Shown piece after piece: positions 53,760 to 62,671 of a DNA stretch of 64,000 nucleotides. The notes under the pieces were generated by a model that worked only from the letters and a program-made list of their open reading frames with translations, made no database searches and had not been told where the DNA came from. Position 1 is the first letter of the stretch. The number at the start of each line of letters is the position of its first letter. The position numbers and the translations under genes are program-made. This DNA is from a virus (lineage: Duplodnaviria > Heunggongvirae > Uroviricota > Caudoviricetes), in IMG/VR virus record IMGVR_UViG_3300012007_000010, positions 64,001-128,000 of that record. One strand, 5' to 3'.

Positions 53760-53929
53760 AGTACACCTTCTTCACAGATCTTTATCCCGACTGCCCAATG
53801 TCTGAGGATAAGGATTTCGACAGCGACGAGCAGGCACTGGCACACGCCCGGTGCCTGTTCGCCCAGTGTAACGCCCCGAGCATCACCGTCATCGACGAAG
53901 GCGGGAACGAAATCGGGGAGATAGATTAA
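53756..53929 (+). CDS. Small hypothetical protein
   Basis: ATGA overlap; MKYTFFTD... Confidence 0.55.
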   Translation: MKYTFFTDLYPDCPMSEDKDFDSDEQALAHARCLFAQCNAPSITVIDEGGNEIGEID

Positions 53930-53949
53930 ACTAAAAACGAAGCGAAATT

Positions 53950-54771
53950 ATGAAACGGATGACACGAGAAAATTTTGAATATGTCCTGTCGAAACTTGCA
54001 ATAGGAGAGACATGGACTGTTCAGACGATGACAGAGCACGGTGCCGCCGGCGGTGGCTACCAGTTGCAACGTGACGAGCATGACGGACAGATAATTTGCA
54101 ACGGACATAAGCCCTTCCCATCCGATGATGGAAGCAACGACCGCGTAATGTGGGACTACTTCACACAGGAGTTGCACCGATGGCCTCGCGGGAAAGCACC
54201 GTTGTTTGCACGTAAAAAGGTCAACGAAATGAAAGGCGTATTTACAACAGAACAGGCTATAAAGATAGCACGGATGATGTTGCATGCTGCAACTTTTGAT
54301 GGGGCATTCCTTGTGCTCCATCCCATAGTAACACAGAGAGACGGGCGTGAGGATGTGCTGACCATGATAGCGCAGGCACTTGAAGAACTGTCTGGCGTTG
54401 GTGCAGACGTCCTGTACGGACACTTGCGTTTCTCCAACGGGCATAACCAAATGGAGGTTAACGGGCTTGGTAGTGAGCGCGTAGCCGAGTTGCAGAAAGA
54501 ATGGCAGACGGCTCCGGTCTATAAAGACGCAAAAGGGCGGTCATACGTCATGTATGAAGGAGTATATACGCAGGACTATTGTTACCAGACGATTGATGTC
54601 GCACGGTATGTTGACTTTGAACCGACGGGGCATAGCCGCAATATATTCAAGTTGCAAAAAAGGCTCCAGAGAATTTCAGATCACGCAGAACTCGAAGCAC
54701 TCGAAGAAAGCGGGGCCATCGACAAAATGACTGACGAAGAATATCTCCGGATAGCTCATCTGTATCATTAA
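53950..54771 (+). CDS. Hypothetical protein
   Basis: 273 aa. Confidence 0.7.
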   Translation: MKRMTRENFEYVLSKLAIGETWTVQTMTEHGAAGGGYQLQRDEHDGQIICNGHKPFPSDDGSNDRVMWDYFTQELHRWPRGKAPLFARKKVNEMKGVFTTEQAIKIARMMLHAATFDGAFLVLHPIVTQRDGREDVLTMIAQALEELSGVGADVLYGHLRFSNGHNQMEVNGLGSERVAELQKEWQTAPVYKDAKGRSYVMYEGVYTQDYCYQTIDVARYVDFEPTGHSRNIFKLQKRLQRISDHAELEALEESGAIDKMTDEEYLRIAHLYH

Positions 54772-54793
54772 ACAGAGTACGAATATCACACCG

Positions 54794-54826
54794 CCGCCGT
54801 CGCAAACCACGACGGTGGTTTTCTTT
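54794..54826 (+). terminator. Intrinsic terminator
   Basis: CCGCCGTCG/CGACGGTGG stem + T-rich tail. Confidence 0.65.
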
Positions 54827-54861
54827 CAACCGAGTATTAACAATCAAAACAAGCAACAAAC

Positions 54862-55725
54862 ATGGCATTTGAGAATTTCACAGTAAACGGCCAGTCGATG
54901 GAAGACTGGATTAAGCAACAACAGGAGAAGGACGGCGTGCTCACCATCCGCCAGGCCACGCAGCGCAACGAGTGGGGCACGACCGTGCTGAAAGGCAGTA
55001 TCACCACACTGAGCGAAGATCAGGACGCGGAGTTCCTGAACGCCGACATGGACATCCGCATCGACGGCAAACTCTATACGATGCGGGGCCGCCGCGTGGA
55101 GCGCAAGAACGGCATCTGGTATGTGGACGGCAAGCGGCAGGAGTTTCCTGCCGACGAAGGCAAGGCTACCACCAAGGCCCACGAAGAACTACAGCAGGAA
55201 ATCAGCGAGGCCATGAGCGCAGCCTTCGGAGGTGGCATCGTGAACTATAACGGCAGGGTAGGGCAGAGGCACATTCATAGCGGCGAGCACGTGGTGAAGA
55301 CCACCGTGAGGAATGAGTTCTCGGGCGGTACCGTCATCAAGCAAGGCCGCAATATCTCCATGCCCAACGGCGGCACGGTGAGGATAAACCGTGGCGGCAA
55401 GAGCTACACCATCAGCGGCAAGAGCCTGGAGCGGCGCGACGGTGTGTGGTACCGCGACGGCAAGCCCGTCAGCGACGGAGACACCGGCGGCGCATACGAC
55501 GACCTCGACGTGGTGACGCTGGAGATACACGGCAACGTGGAGCAACTGTCCACCGTGAGCGGCGACGTGAGCGTATCGGGCGACGTAGGCAATATCTCAA
55601 CCGCCTCGGGCAACATCCGCTGCCAGACCGTGCGCGGCTCCGTATCGACCGCCAGCGGCGACGTGCATTGCGGCAGCATCGGCGGCTCGGTATCCACCAT
55701 GAGCGGCGACATCTACGAGCGATAG
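54862..55725 (+). CDS. Protein with duplicated module and C-terminal DUF4097-like beta-solenoid
   Basis: Two I.I.GK.YT..G...ER..G.WY.DGK repeats; SGDVSV/SGNI/SGDV repeats. Confidence 0.65.
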   Translation: MAFENFTVNGQSMEDWIKQQQEKDGVLTIRQATQRNEWGTTVLKGSITTLSEDQDAEFLNADMDIRIDGKLYTMRGRRVERKNGIWYVDGKRQEFPADEGKATTKAHEELQQEISEAMSAAFGGGIVNYNGRVGQRHIHSGEHVVKTTVRNEFSGGTVIKQGRNISMPNGGTVRINRGGKSYTISGKSLERRDGVWYRDGKPVSDGDTGGAYDDLDVVTLEIHGNVEQLSTVSGDVSVSGDVGNISTASGNIRCQTVRGSVSTASGDVHCGSIGGSVSTMSGDIYER

Positions 55726-55764
55726 CCGCCGCGATACTACGCACACATTATATATATTATATAC

Positions 55765-55804
55765 GCCGCTGCCCTGTATCAGGGCGGCGGCAGCATTTTT
55801 TTTT
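55765..55804. terminator. Terminator between convergent early and middle blocks
   Basis: GCCGCTGCCCTG-TAT-CAGGGCGGCGGC + T9. Confidence 0.75.
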
Positions 55805-55853
55805 GTCGCGCGGGCGGGTGTTCGGATGCCGCAACCGTGTTGCAGTACTTCGT

Positions 55854-56330
55854 CTACTCTCCCCACATCGCGCGGTCGAGTTCTTCGATGAACGGGTCGG
55901 GGGGTGGCTGCAGGAAGCGCTCGGGGATGGGCGCGGCGCGGAGCAGATACAGCGGGAGCCAGGCTTCCTCGCTGACACACTGGTAGAGGTCGGCAAAGCG
56001 CAGACGCAGGAAGTCGTGACGACTGCCGACATACTGGCCCGTGCGCCCGCCCCACCGCTCTACGAGCTGCTGCAGGGCGCGGCGGAAGTCGGCCAGGTCT
56101 TCGTAGCCGTGGCTGGAATGGTCGCGCAGGTTGATGCCGTCGAGGGTGTTGCTGACGCGGAAGAAGCCCGTGGCCGCTTCCTCTAAGCGGTAGCAGTCCT
56201 CGTCCTCGCGCAGGCAGAAGCCCCCGCCCTCGAAGTAATAGGCCGTCTCGTTCATGTCGTGGACGGTCTCGACAGGGCCGCCCGCCTTGCGGCGGATGCG
56301 GTCGCCGTAGGTGAATTTAGGTTTGGTCAT
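55854..56330 (-). CDS. Hypothetical protein
   Basis: 158 aa. Confidence 0.65.
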   Translation of the reverse strand: MTKPKFTYGDRIRRKAGGPVETVHDMNETAYYFEGGGFCLREDEDCYRLEEAATGFFRVSNTLDGINLRDHSSHGYEDLADFRRALQQLVERWGGRTGQYVGSRHDFLRLRFADLYQCVSEEAWLPLYLLRAAPIPERFLQPPPDPFIEELDRAMWGE

Positions 56331-57138
56331 TGTTGTTTTGTGATTTACGATCTTTCCTTAGTCTTCGCAACTGTTCACTGCGATACTCGCGGGTTTTCTT
56401 CAGCCCAAGCCTCCAAGCCATCTGTTTTACATACTTGATGCTGATGCCAAGCCGACGGGCCAGCTCGTCGTTGTCGGCGGTGGCATACTCGCGTTGCACC
56501 ACGGCTTCCATCTGGCGGGTCTTTCCGCGTTTCAATTTTCCTTCGGCGGCCAGCCGTTTACTGATTTCACCTATTTTCTGCTGATGACGACGGATGCACT
56601 CTTCTGAGCGGCGGATGTTATAATCTCTGGCTATCATCTGAATATAACCGAAACAATAACCTGTACGCCTTACAAGCTCCTCGTCGTGCAGGCCGTCTGG
56701 GTAGAGTTCGTGGACGGTGGCCACCAACTGAAAGCGCTGTTCGGGCGTCATGCCGTGTCTGGCGGCACGGTGCATCCTTACCCAGTCGCTGTCCTTGCGC
56801 AGCGCGAGTCTGTCGGCCCAGCGGCGGATGGTGCGGTCGTTCACATGGAAGTGGGCGGCCAGCACGCGGTTGTCGGTCGTGGCATAGTGGCGGCGCAGGT
56901 ATTCCGTCACCTCTGCCGAGAGTTTTGCGCCCTCGCCTTTCGGACGGTGACTCCAGTCGCGCTCCATGCTGCCGGCAATGGCGCTGATGCCCTGCCGGAA
57001 ATCCTCATGTTTCTTCAGTCCGAGGTTGGCTGCCCACCGGCACACGGTGCGGTAGCTAACGCCCAGCGCGGCGGCCAGCCGGTCTGTCCGCGTGTCGGCG
57101 AAATGCCTGCGCAGCAAGTTTTCTTGTTCGGCTGTCAT
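56317..57138 (-). CDS. Tandem multi-HTH DNA-binding protein
   Basis: Three clear (four likely) repeats L.R.Y/F.......LA...GVS..TV.RWA..LGLKK. Confidence 0.75.
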   Translation of the reverse strand: MTAEQENLLRRHFADTRTDRLAAALGVSYRTVCRWAANLGLKKHEDFRQGISAIAGSMERDWSHRPKGEGAKLSAEVTEYLRRHYATTDNRVLAAHFHVNDRTIRRWADRLALRKDSDWVRMHRAARHGMTPEQRFQLVATVHELYPDGLHDEELVRRTGYCFGYIQMIARDYNIRRSEECIRRHQQKIGEISKRLAAEGKLKRGKTRQMEAVVQREYATADNDELARRLGISIKYVKQMAWRLGLKKTREYRSEQLRRLRKDRKSQNNNDQT

Positions 57139-57623
57139 GTCGGATTTTCCTTTTCTGTGTAGTCGATGGCTTCGATGGTGTCAACGGTGCGCCATGCAGT
57201 GCGCCATGAGCGCTTCTGCGTGAGCAGCAGCGTGAGCAGCAGGTCGTGGGGGTAGTCCTCCTTGACGATGTGGACGGCGAAGGGCTGCGAGAAGTAGGCG
57301 GTCAACTCCTCGATGGGAATGACGGGTATCTCAGCATCGGGGTCGTTTATGTCGACGGGGTGCTGCTGGCCGACGGCTGGGGCCGAGCGGTAGGCTGCGT
57401 AGGCACGGAGGCGGGACAGGGTGTCGGCGAGGGCTTTGCCGTTGGCGGCATCCCCCTCTCCTTCGGGGGGGGCCGGGGTGGGGCTGAGTGTCAGCAGCGC
57501 TGCGCGAGTGACGTAGGCCTCGTGCTCCTGGGGCTTTATCTCCAGGAAGCCTTTCTGCTCGTACCGCTGCAGCATCTTGAAGTAGTCGAGCCAAGGCTGG
57601 AGGTTAGTTTTCTTCTTTGTCAT
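57135..57623 (-). CDS. Hypothetical protein
   Basis: 162 aa; in-frame C-rich palindrome. Confidence 0.65.
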   Translation of the reverse strand: MTKKKTNLQPWLDYFKMLQRYEQKGFLEIKPQEHEAYVTRAALLTLSPTPAPPEGEGDAANGKALADTLSRLRAYAAYRSAPAVGQQHPVDINDPDAEIPVIPIEELTAYFSQPFAVHIVKEDYPHDLLLTLLLTQKRSWRTAWRTVDTIEAIDYTEKENPT

Positions 57624-57795
57624 GATTGCGGGGCTTTAAGTCTTGGATTACTGCGCCCACAATGATGAACGTGAGCAGTTGTGTAACGGCCAGGATGCCC
57701 ACCATCAGACGGACGGGCAGCAGCCAGGCAAGGGCCATCGGCACTGCTATGAAGAGCAGCGCCAGGACCAAGTAGTAGATGATTTTCTGTGTCAT
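57604..57795 (-). CDS. Small two-TM membrane protein
   Basis: Two hydrophobic helices in 63 aa. Confidence 0.6.
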   Translation of the reverse strand: MTQKIIYYLVLALLFIAVPMALAWLLPVRLMVGILAVTQLLTFIIVGAVIQDLKPRNHDKEEN

Positions 57796-58256
57796 AATGT
57801 ATTATAATTAAATTCCAGTTCGCCTCCGGTAAGGAAGCGCATAATGTTCTGTAGCTGATGGACGTAGAGACAACTGATACTGACATACGTCTTGCGGTAA
57901 GTAGACTTAAACCTGAAGGATGCCACCTGCCGATGGTTGTCGTAGCGGTAGAGCAGTTTCATCTCCATCCCGAACCAGTACACCAGTCGCCAGCCACGCT
58001 CGTCAGAGTCTGTGAAGCCAAGCCGCCGCAGCGGTACTTCGGCAATGCTCATGCCAAACACATCGGAGAGCGGAAAAGTGTAGATCCGCCCGATGGTGTA
58101 GGGAGCATCCTTGTCCGAGACTTCGAATATGACAGCACCGATGCGGTCGCCGCGCAGAATCTCTACTACCAGACAGGTCATCAGGTACTGGCCGTTAGCC
58201 TGCACCCGGACATAGCTTCCTACTGGGATTTCCCTGATATTGACTGGTTCTTTCAT
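57792..58256 (-). CDS. Hypothetical protein
   Basis: 154 aa. Confidence 0.65.
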   Translation of the reverse strand: MKEPVNIREIPVGSYVRVQANGQYLMTCLVVEILRGDRIGAVIFEVSDKDAPYTIGRIYTFPLSDVFGMSIAEVPLRRLGFTDSDERGWRLVYWFGMEMKLLYRYDNHRQVASFRFKSTYRKTYVSISCLYVHQLQNIMRFLTGGELEFNYNTL

Positions 58257-58276
58257 CGTTCTCTGTCTTTATCGGG

Positions 58277-58768
58277 TTAAACATTCAGCACCACATACTT
58301 TCCCTCGATGCCCGACTGGCGCAGGCGGCGGTCGCACGTCGCGCCCCAGGCCACGAGGCAGGAGCCGAAGAAGGGCGAGCCGGTGGTGCCGTCGGGTCGG
58401 ATGAAGCGGACGCGATGCCGCATAAAAATCATCGACGCGGCGGTTGGGAAGATGACCTCCTGCCAGAGCAGGTTGTCCTGCCGGTTGACGAGCAGGGCAA
58501 TGCCGTCGCCGTGCCGTGCCATCCGCTCGCAGAACTGGCGGAGCAGGGCGCGGCTGTAGGGCGGGTTCATCCACACCGTGCCGTGCCACTCGTGGGCGAG
58601 GCCGTCGTCCTGCCGGGTCAGCATCGTCGTGGCGGTGGGGAACGGGCGCACGCTCTCCGGTGCTGCGCAGGGGTCGAGGTCGAAGGGTCCGAGCGTGTCG
58701 ATAAGCCACCGTGGCGTGTACCAGTCGTCGGTGGAGGTCGTGGGATTATGTTGCTGTCGGGTGTCCAT
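58277..58768 (-). CDS. Phage-type N6-adenine DNA methyltransferase
   Basis: TDDWYTP, FDLDPCA, VWMNPPYS. Confidence 0.85.
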   Translation of the reverse strand: MDTRQQHNPTTSTDDWYTPRWLIDTLGPFDLDPCAAPESVRPFPTATTMLTRQDDGLAHEWHGTVWMNPPYSRALLRQFCERMARHGDGIALLVNRQDNLLWQEVIFPTAASMIFMRHRVRFIRPDGTTGSPFFGSCLVAWGATCDRRLRQSGIEGKYVVLNV

Positions 58769-58825
58769 TGGTTGCTTTTTGGGTCGGGCTGTCGCCCGAG
58801 AAATTATTATTAAAATTCCTTGTGC

Positions 58826-59245
58826 CTACCAGATGGCCATGTCGGGGAGGTTGTCGGGAGGGGTATCAGACCCCACCCCTGCCCCTCCCCTTGATGGGAG
58901 GGGAGCGGCTGCGCCATCGTGTGCGCTGATAGTGCGGCAGTTGTCGCGGCGGTCTGTGCGGTAGCCGCTCCCCACCCCTGTAGGGGCGGGGCTGGGGGCG
59001 GGGTCAGTATCTGCTTCATCCTCCCACCGGCGGTGGTTCAGATACCCTTGGGCATACATGCGCTGGATGCCCCGTGCCTCGCAGTCGTCGCGGTAGCGCT
59101 GGATGCCGGCGAGGGCGGCGCGACGGTCGCCCTTGCTGAGTTTCCGCCACGCCCGCTCGGCAGCCACTCGGTCGCGCTTCAGGCCGTAGGCGTCCCAGAA
59201 CTTCTGGAACTCCGGGTCAACAGGTGTTGATGTTTTCTTTGTCAT
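58826..59245 (-). CDS. Stand-alone replication-initiator C-terminal-like domain
   Basis: FQKFWDAY..K.DR.AA.RAW.KL...YLNHRRWEDE; C-terminal half is a repeat insertion. Confidence 0.55.
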   Translation of the reverse strand: MTKKTSTPVDPEFQKFWDAYGLKRDRVAAERAWRKLSKGDRRAALAGIQRYRDDCEARGIQRMYAQGYLNHRRWEDEADTDPAPSPAPTGVGSGYRTDRRDNCRTISAHDGAAAPLPSRGGAGVGSDTPPDNLPDMAIW

Positions 59246-59260
59246 AATGATTTTTAGAAT

Positions 59261-60073
59261 TTAATCAGTTGCGAAATCGAGTGCAGGCTGTTGTCGTTCA
59301 CGATTGATGCGCTCCACAGCCTTGTCGTAGTATTCCTTGTTGAGCTCGAAGCCCACGAAGTGTCTCTTCTCCCTCATGGCCGCAATAGCCGTCGTGCCAC
59401 TGCCCATGCAGTTGTCGAGAATTACCCCCCCCGTTTCGCTGTAAGTGCGGATAAGGTAGCGGATAAGCTCGACGGGCTTCTGCGTGGGATGGAGCACGGT
59501 GGTTTCGTGTTCTTTCTTGATGCGGATAATACTCATGGGAAACTTCTCGCCCGGTCGTGTCGGCTCCACCTTGCGTATCTGCTTGTCGTAGTCGTAGGTT
59601 CGCCCGCTTTTAAACTTGCCGTAGCAACTGTTGGTTTCCTTGTGCTTGCCGTTTCCCTGCGGATGACTTGGTGTGCCGGCGGTCATCTGCGGATGATAGA
59701 CAGGTAGCGATTTGTAGAACACGGCGATATCCTCATGGCAGCGCAGCGGCATGCGGTTGGCATTAAGGAAGCCTGTCGTGCGACACTTGTCCCAGACAAG
59801 GTTGTAGCGCCAAAGTTTCGGCTGCGACATCATCAGCTGTGCCGTGAACATCCCCTGGCAGAACAGCAGTATGGCCCCATTGTCCTTGATGACGCGCTTG
59901 TACTGCTCCCATAGCGGCTCCATCGGAATCATCCTGTCCCATTGTGCGTTGGGGTTGTTCTTGTGCAGCACCTCGTAGGGCAAGTCGCAGATGATGGCAT
60001 CCACCGACCCGTCGGGAATCATCTTCATCCCTTCGAGGCAGTCCATGTTGTATATCTTGTCGAGTTCTATCAT
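59261..60073 (-). CDS. Orphan DNA methyltransferase (N6/N4, beta class)
   Basis: ICDLPY, HPTQKP, LDNCMGSGTT. Confidence 0.9.
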   Translation of the reverse strand: MIELDKIYNMDCLEGMKMIPDGSVDAIICDLPYEVLHKNNPNAQWDRMIPMEPLWEQYKRVIKDNGAILLFCQGMFTAQLMMSQPKLWRYNLVWDKCRTTGFLNANRMPLRCHEDIAVFYKSLPVYHPQMTAGTPSHPQGNGKHKETNSCYGKFKSGRTYDYDKQIRKVEPTRPGEKFPMSIIRIKKEHETTVLHPTQKPVELIRYLIRTYSETGGVILDNCMGSGTTAIAAMREKRHFVGFELNKEYYDKAVERINRERQQPALDFATD

Positions 60074-60089
60074 ATCACTCTTATATATA

Positions 60090-60896
60090 TTATATGTGTG
60101 CGTCCTTCGCCTTGCCCTTCTTCTTCTTACTCTTGACAATCACGCTCTTCACGCTACCTATCGCCTGGCCGCCGAGGAAGGCCTTCATGGGAATGACCTC
60201 CAGACGGCGTTCCTTCACCACCTGCAGACGGTTGGCCGTATAGAGGCGGTCGGGGTCTGCGGCACTCATGCGCTTGGCCACCATCTGCACGTCGGCCTTG
60301 CCGATGCCACGCTCCACGCAGGTCATCGTGTTCGTGTCCTCGTGAGGGTCGCTGCTGAAGACGGCCCACTCATCGCGCTCCGTCTCGTCGTCCTCTATCG
60401 GCTCACTCTCGGCCACGTCGCGGTAGAGTCGCCAGATGCTGTCGTCGCGGTCAATCTCTATCAGCGGCTCGGTTTCGCGCGGTGCTTCCTGCGGGTCGCC
60501 CAGCTGCCAGCGGACGGGCAGCCCGGCCCAGCGCATGTACTGCTCCACGAGGTCTTCGGCCTCGCGGTTCATCTCCTGCACGCCGCCCACGGTCTGATAC
60601 TCGCGCCAGAACTTGTACCAGCGGTCGTAGGCTTGCTGGAACTCCTGGCAGGCGCGTTTGATTTCGTGCTTCTTTATCTGAGCCATGTCGAAGAGGGCGT
60701 TCACCTGTCCGTACAGGCTGTTGGATACCATCGTCAGACAGTGCATGGCGCAGAGCAGGTTGCTAATACGGCTCATCAGCCCCAGCTCCTCGGCCTTGTC
60801 GATGTCGAGCCCCTTCACGCCGACGTGCTGGATGCGCTTGCGGATGGCCTCCTTGCCGATGGCGCGGTGAAGGGGAATGTGTAGTTCGTTTTTCAT
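60090..60896 (-). CDS. Hypothetical protein
   Basis: 268 aa. Confidence 0.7.
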   Translation of the reverse strand: MKNELHIPLHRAIGKEAIRKRIQHVGVKGLDIDKAEELGLMSRISNLLCAMHCLTMVSNSLYGQVNALFDMAQIKKHEIKRACQEFQQAYDRWYKFWREYQTVGGVQEMNREAEDLVEQYMRWAGLPVRWQLGDPQEAPRETEPLIEIDRDDSIWRLYRDVAESEPIEDDETERDEWAVFSSDPHEDTNTMTCVERGIGKADVQMVAKRMSAADPDRLYTANRLQVVKERRLEVIPMKAFLGGQAIGSVKSVIVKSKKKKGKAKDAHI

Positions 60897-60955
60897 ATCG
60901 CCTGAAAAATTTTAAACAGAATTTTAAAAATAATTTTGATTGTGGCGACCCTGTA

Positions 60956-61369
60956 TCAGAATGGCAGGTCGTCGGTGCCGTTGCCTTGCTGCACGGGCTG
61001 GCCCTGGGCGTTGGTCTGCGGCGGGAAGGGCGACTGCGATGGCTGAGGGCTGACGGCTGACGGCTGAGCCTGCTGCTGATACGGCTGCTGCCCTACGGAG
61101 CGAAGCACGTTGTAGCAGCGGACCTCATTGAACCAGCGTCCGTTGTACTCGTGTGCGTCGATGTCGAACTGTATTGTGACATTCTGCTCGCCCTGACGGA
61201 GGGCGAACTGCTTGATGCGGTCTTCGCCGAAGATGCGGAAGACGATGTGGCGCGGCCACTGGCCGGGGATTTCCATTACATACTCCTGCGACATCCACGG
61301 GTTGCCCGTGCGGTTTGATGTGCCAGACTGGGCGGGCATCACTTGAATGATTGTTCCTGTTAAATCCAT
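60956..61369 (-). CDS. DUF3127 OB-fold (SSB-like) protein
   Basis: GTIIQVMPAQSG.S...W..QEYVME...FDIDAHEYNGRWFNEVRCY; acidic DDLPF tail. Confidence 0.85.
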   Translation of the reverse strand: MDLTGTIIQVMPAQSGTSNRTGNPWMSQEYVMEIPGQWPRHIVFRIFGEDRIKQFALRQGEQNVTIQFDIDAHEYNGRWFNEVRCYNVLRSVGQQPYQQQAQPSAVSPQPSQSPFPPQTNAQGQPVQQGNGTDDLPF

Positions 61370-61373
61370 TTTG

Positions 61374-61805
61374 CTATTCCTTGTTTGTTGTTTCCGTTAA
61401 TTTACGCTTCTTCTTGTCCTTCTGAAAGGGCATGAGCCGTTGCTGCTTCGGGTCGTAGGTGTGCGAGCGGACGATGCCAAGGCGGAAGGCAAAGCCCTCC
61501 TCAATCTTCGCGCCCCTCGACAACTGCCAGCCGTCTATCATGCAGATGGTGTCCGAGCGCGACAGCAGCCAGAGATCATAGACGAGCACCGTGCGGTAGG
61601 CACCGTCCTTGCCCAGCACGCGCTCCATCGCCTTGTAGAGCCACTTGAACCGGCAGGGCCAGGCGTTGGCGGGGTTGACGGCGCGAAGTCCCGTATGGCT
61701 GTTGATAAGGGTGGCGCAGTCGTGGAACGCCTGTACGTTCCGCTCCTGCTGCTCCTGCGTCGGGGCGGTCATTGCCCCAGAGATATAGATACGTTGCTTC
61801 TTCAT
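61374..61805 (-). CDS. DUF4406 (nucleoside deoxyribosyltransferase-like) protein
   Basis: RIYISGAMT, VNPA, DTICMIDGWQLSRGAKIE. Confidence 0.8.
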   Translation of the reverse strand: MKKQRIYISGAMTAPTQEQQERNVQAFHDCATLINSHTGLRAVNPANAWPCRFKWLYKAMERVLGKDGAYRTVLVYDLWLLSRSDTICMIDGWQLSRGAKIEEGFAFRLGIVRSHTYDPKQQRLMPFQKDKKKRKLTETTNKE

Positions 61806-61826
61806 TTTGTTTCTTGTTATCAATAA

Positions 61827-62057
61827 TCAGAATATCGTCGATGTTGTTTCCTCAGAGAACAATATATTGCATACTGCCACACGATGCTTCTTTTGCTCTC
61901 TAACCGCAGTAAAAGCCGTGTTGTCGTTATCGGGGTAAACCTCTCTGGCGTAAATTCTCACTTCGGATGCCTTTGCACCCAGTTCATTTTCCATATCGCG
62001 GAACAATCTCTTAAAAGCATCCTGATAGTCCGCAATAGTCTTTTTCTTCTGTGCCAT
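61827..62057 (-). CDS. Hypothetical protein
   Basis: 76 aa. Confidence 0.6.
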   Translation of the reverse strand: MAQKKKTIADYQDAFKRLFRDMENELGAKASEVRIYAREVYPDNDNTAFTAVREQKKHRVAVCNILFSEETTSTIF

Positions 62058-62127
62058 AATCGTTTATTCGTTTCTGTTTTTATTGATGGCCTGTCGGCCA
62101 GGAATTTGTTAAATAAAAACTTCTCGC

Positions 62128-62337
62128 TTATCTGTGTCTATGCCTTTTGTTCATCAGGTAGATGCCGTATTCTTTTGGTGACATAGTATTGTATGCGTTC
62201 TCTATCCGTTGCCGTTCAGCCTCGATGCTGGCAGCGGCCTCGATGCCGTATTCATCCTTCATGACCGTTGCCAGTTCGTTAACCTCCTTGGTCGAAAGTC
62301 TAACCAATGCTTCGGCTATTGATTTGATGTCTGCCAT
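62128..62337 (-). CDS. Ribosomal protein bL12 (L7/L12) N-terminal domain fused to a novel basic tail
   Basis: [36 protein letters not shown] closely matches the recalled Bacteroidota bL12 N-terminus; no hinge/CTD. Confidence 0.85.
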   Translation of the reverse strand: MADIKSIAEALVRLSTKEVNELATVMKDEYGIEAAASIEAERQRIENAYNTMSPKEYGIYLMNKRHRHR

Positions 62338-62341
62338 ACGC

Positions 62342-62671
62342 TCATTCCTTTCCATTTAGTTTTGCATCGAGCATGGCACTGAGGGCTTCGTCGCCGCGCC
62401 CCATCTTGATCATCAGCTTTGCCACCATCGTGTTGAAGTCGTCCGACTGCACCAGCAGCAGGGCTATCAGTGCGAGGTGTTTGATCTGCTGCGACTGGAT
62501 GGCTGAGATTTCCAGTACCTTGTCGAGCATTCCCTGCTCCGACCATCCGCGTTGGCGCAGTTCGGGCAGATTGCGGGCGAACTTGTCGCTTGATGCTATC
62601 ATGTCGAGTACGTACTTCAGCAGTGCCGACTTGTCCTTCAGCAGGTTCAGAATATCTACTTGTTCGTTCAT
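62342..62671 (-). CDS. Hypothetical helical protein
   Basis: 109 aa. Confidence 0.7.
   Translation of the reverse strand: MNEQVDILNLLKDKSALLKYVLDMIASSDKFARNLPELRQRGWSEQGMLDKVLEISAIQSQQIKHLALIALLLVQSDDFNTMVAKLMIKMGRGDEALSAMLDAKLNGKE

Noticed and set aside
55741-60102. GCACACAT-(TA)n segments at 55741 and inverted at ~60081-60102 as element ends
   Set aside because: Short, low-complexity and imperfect; no recombinase or target duplication
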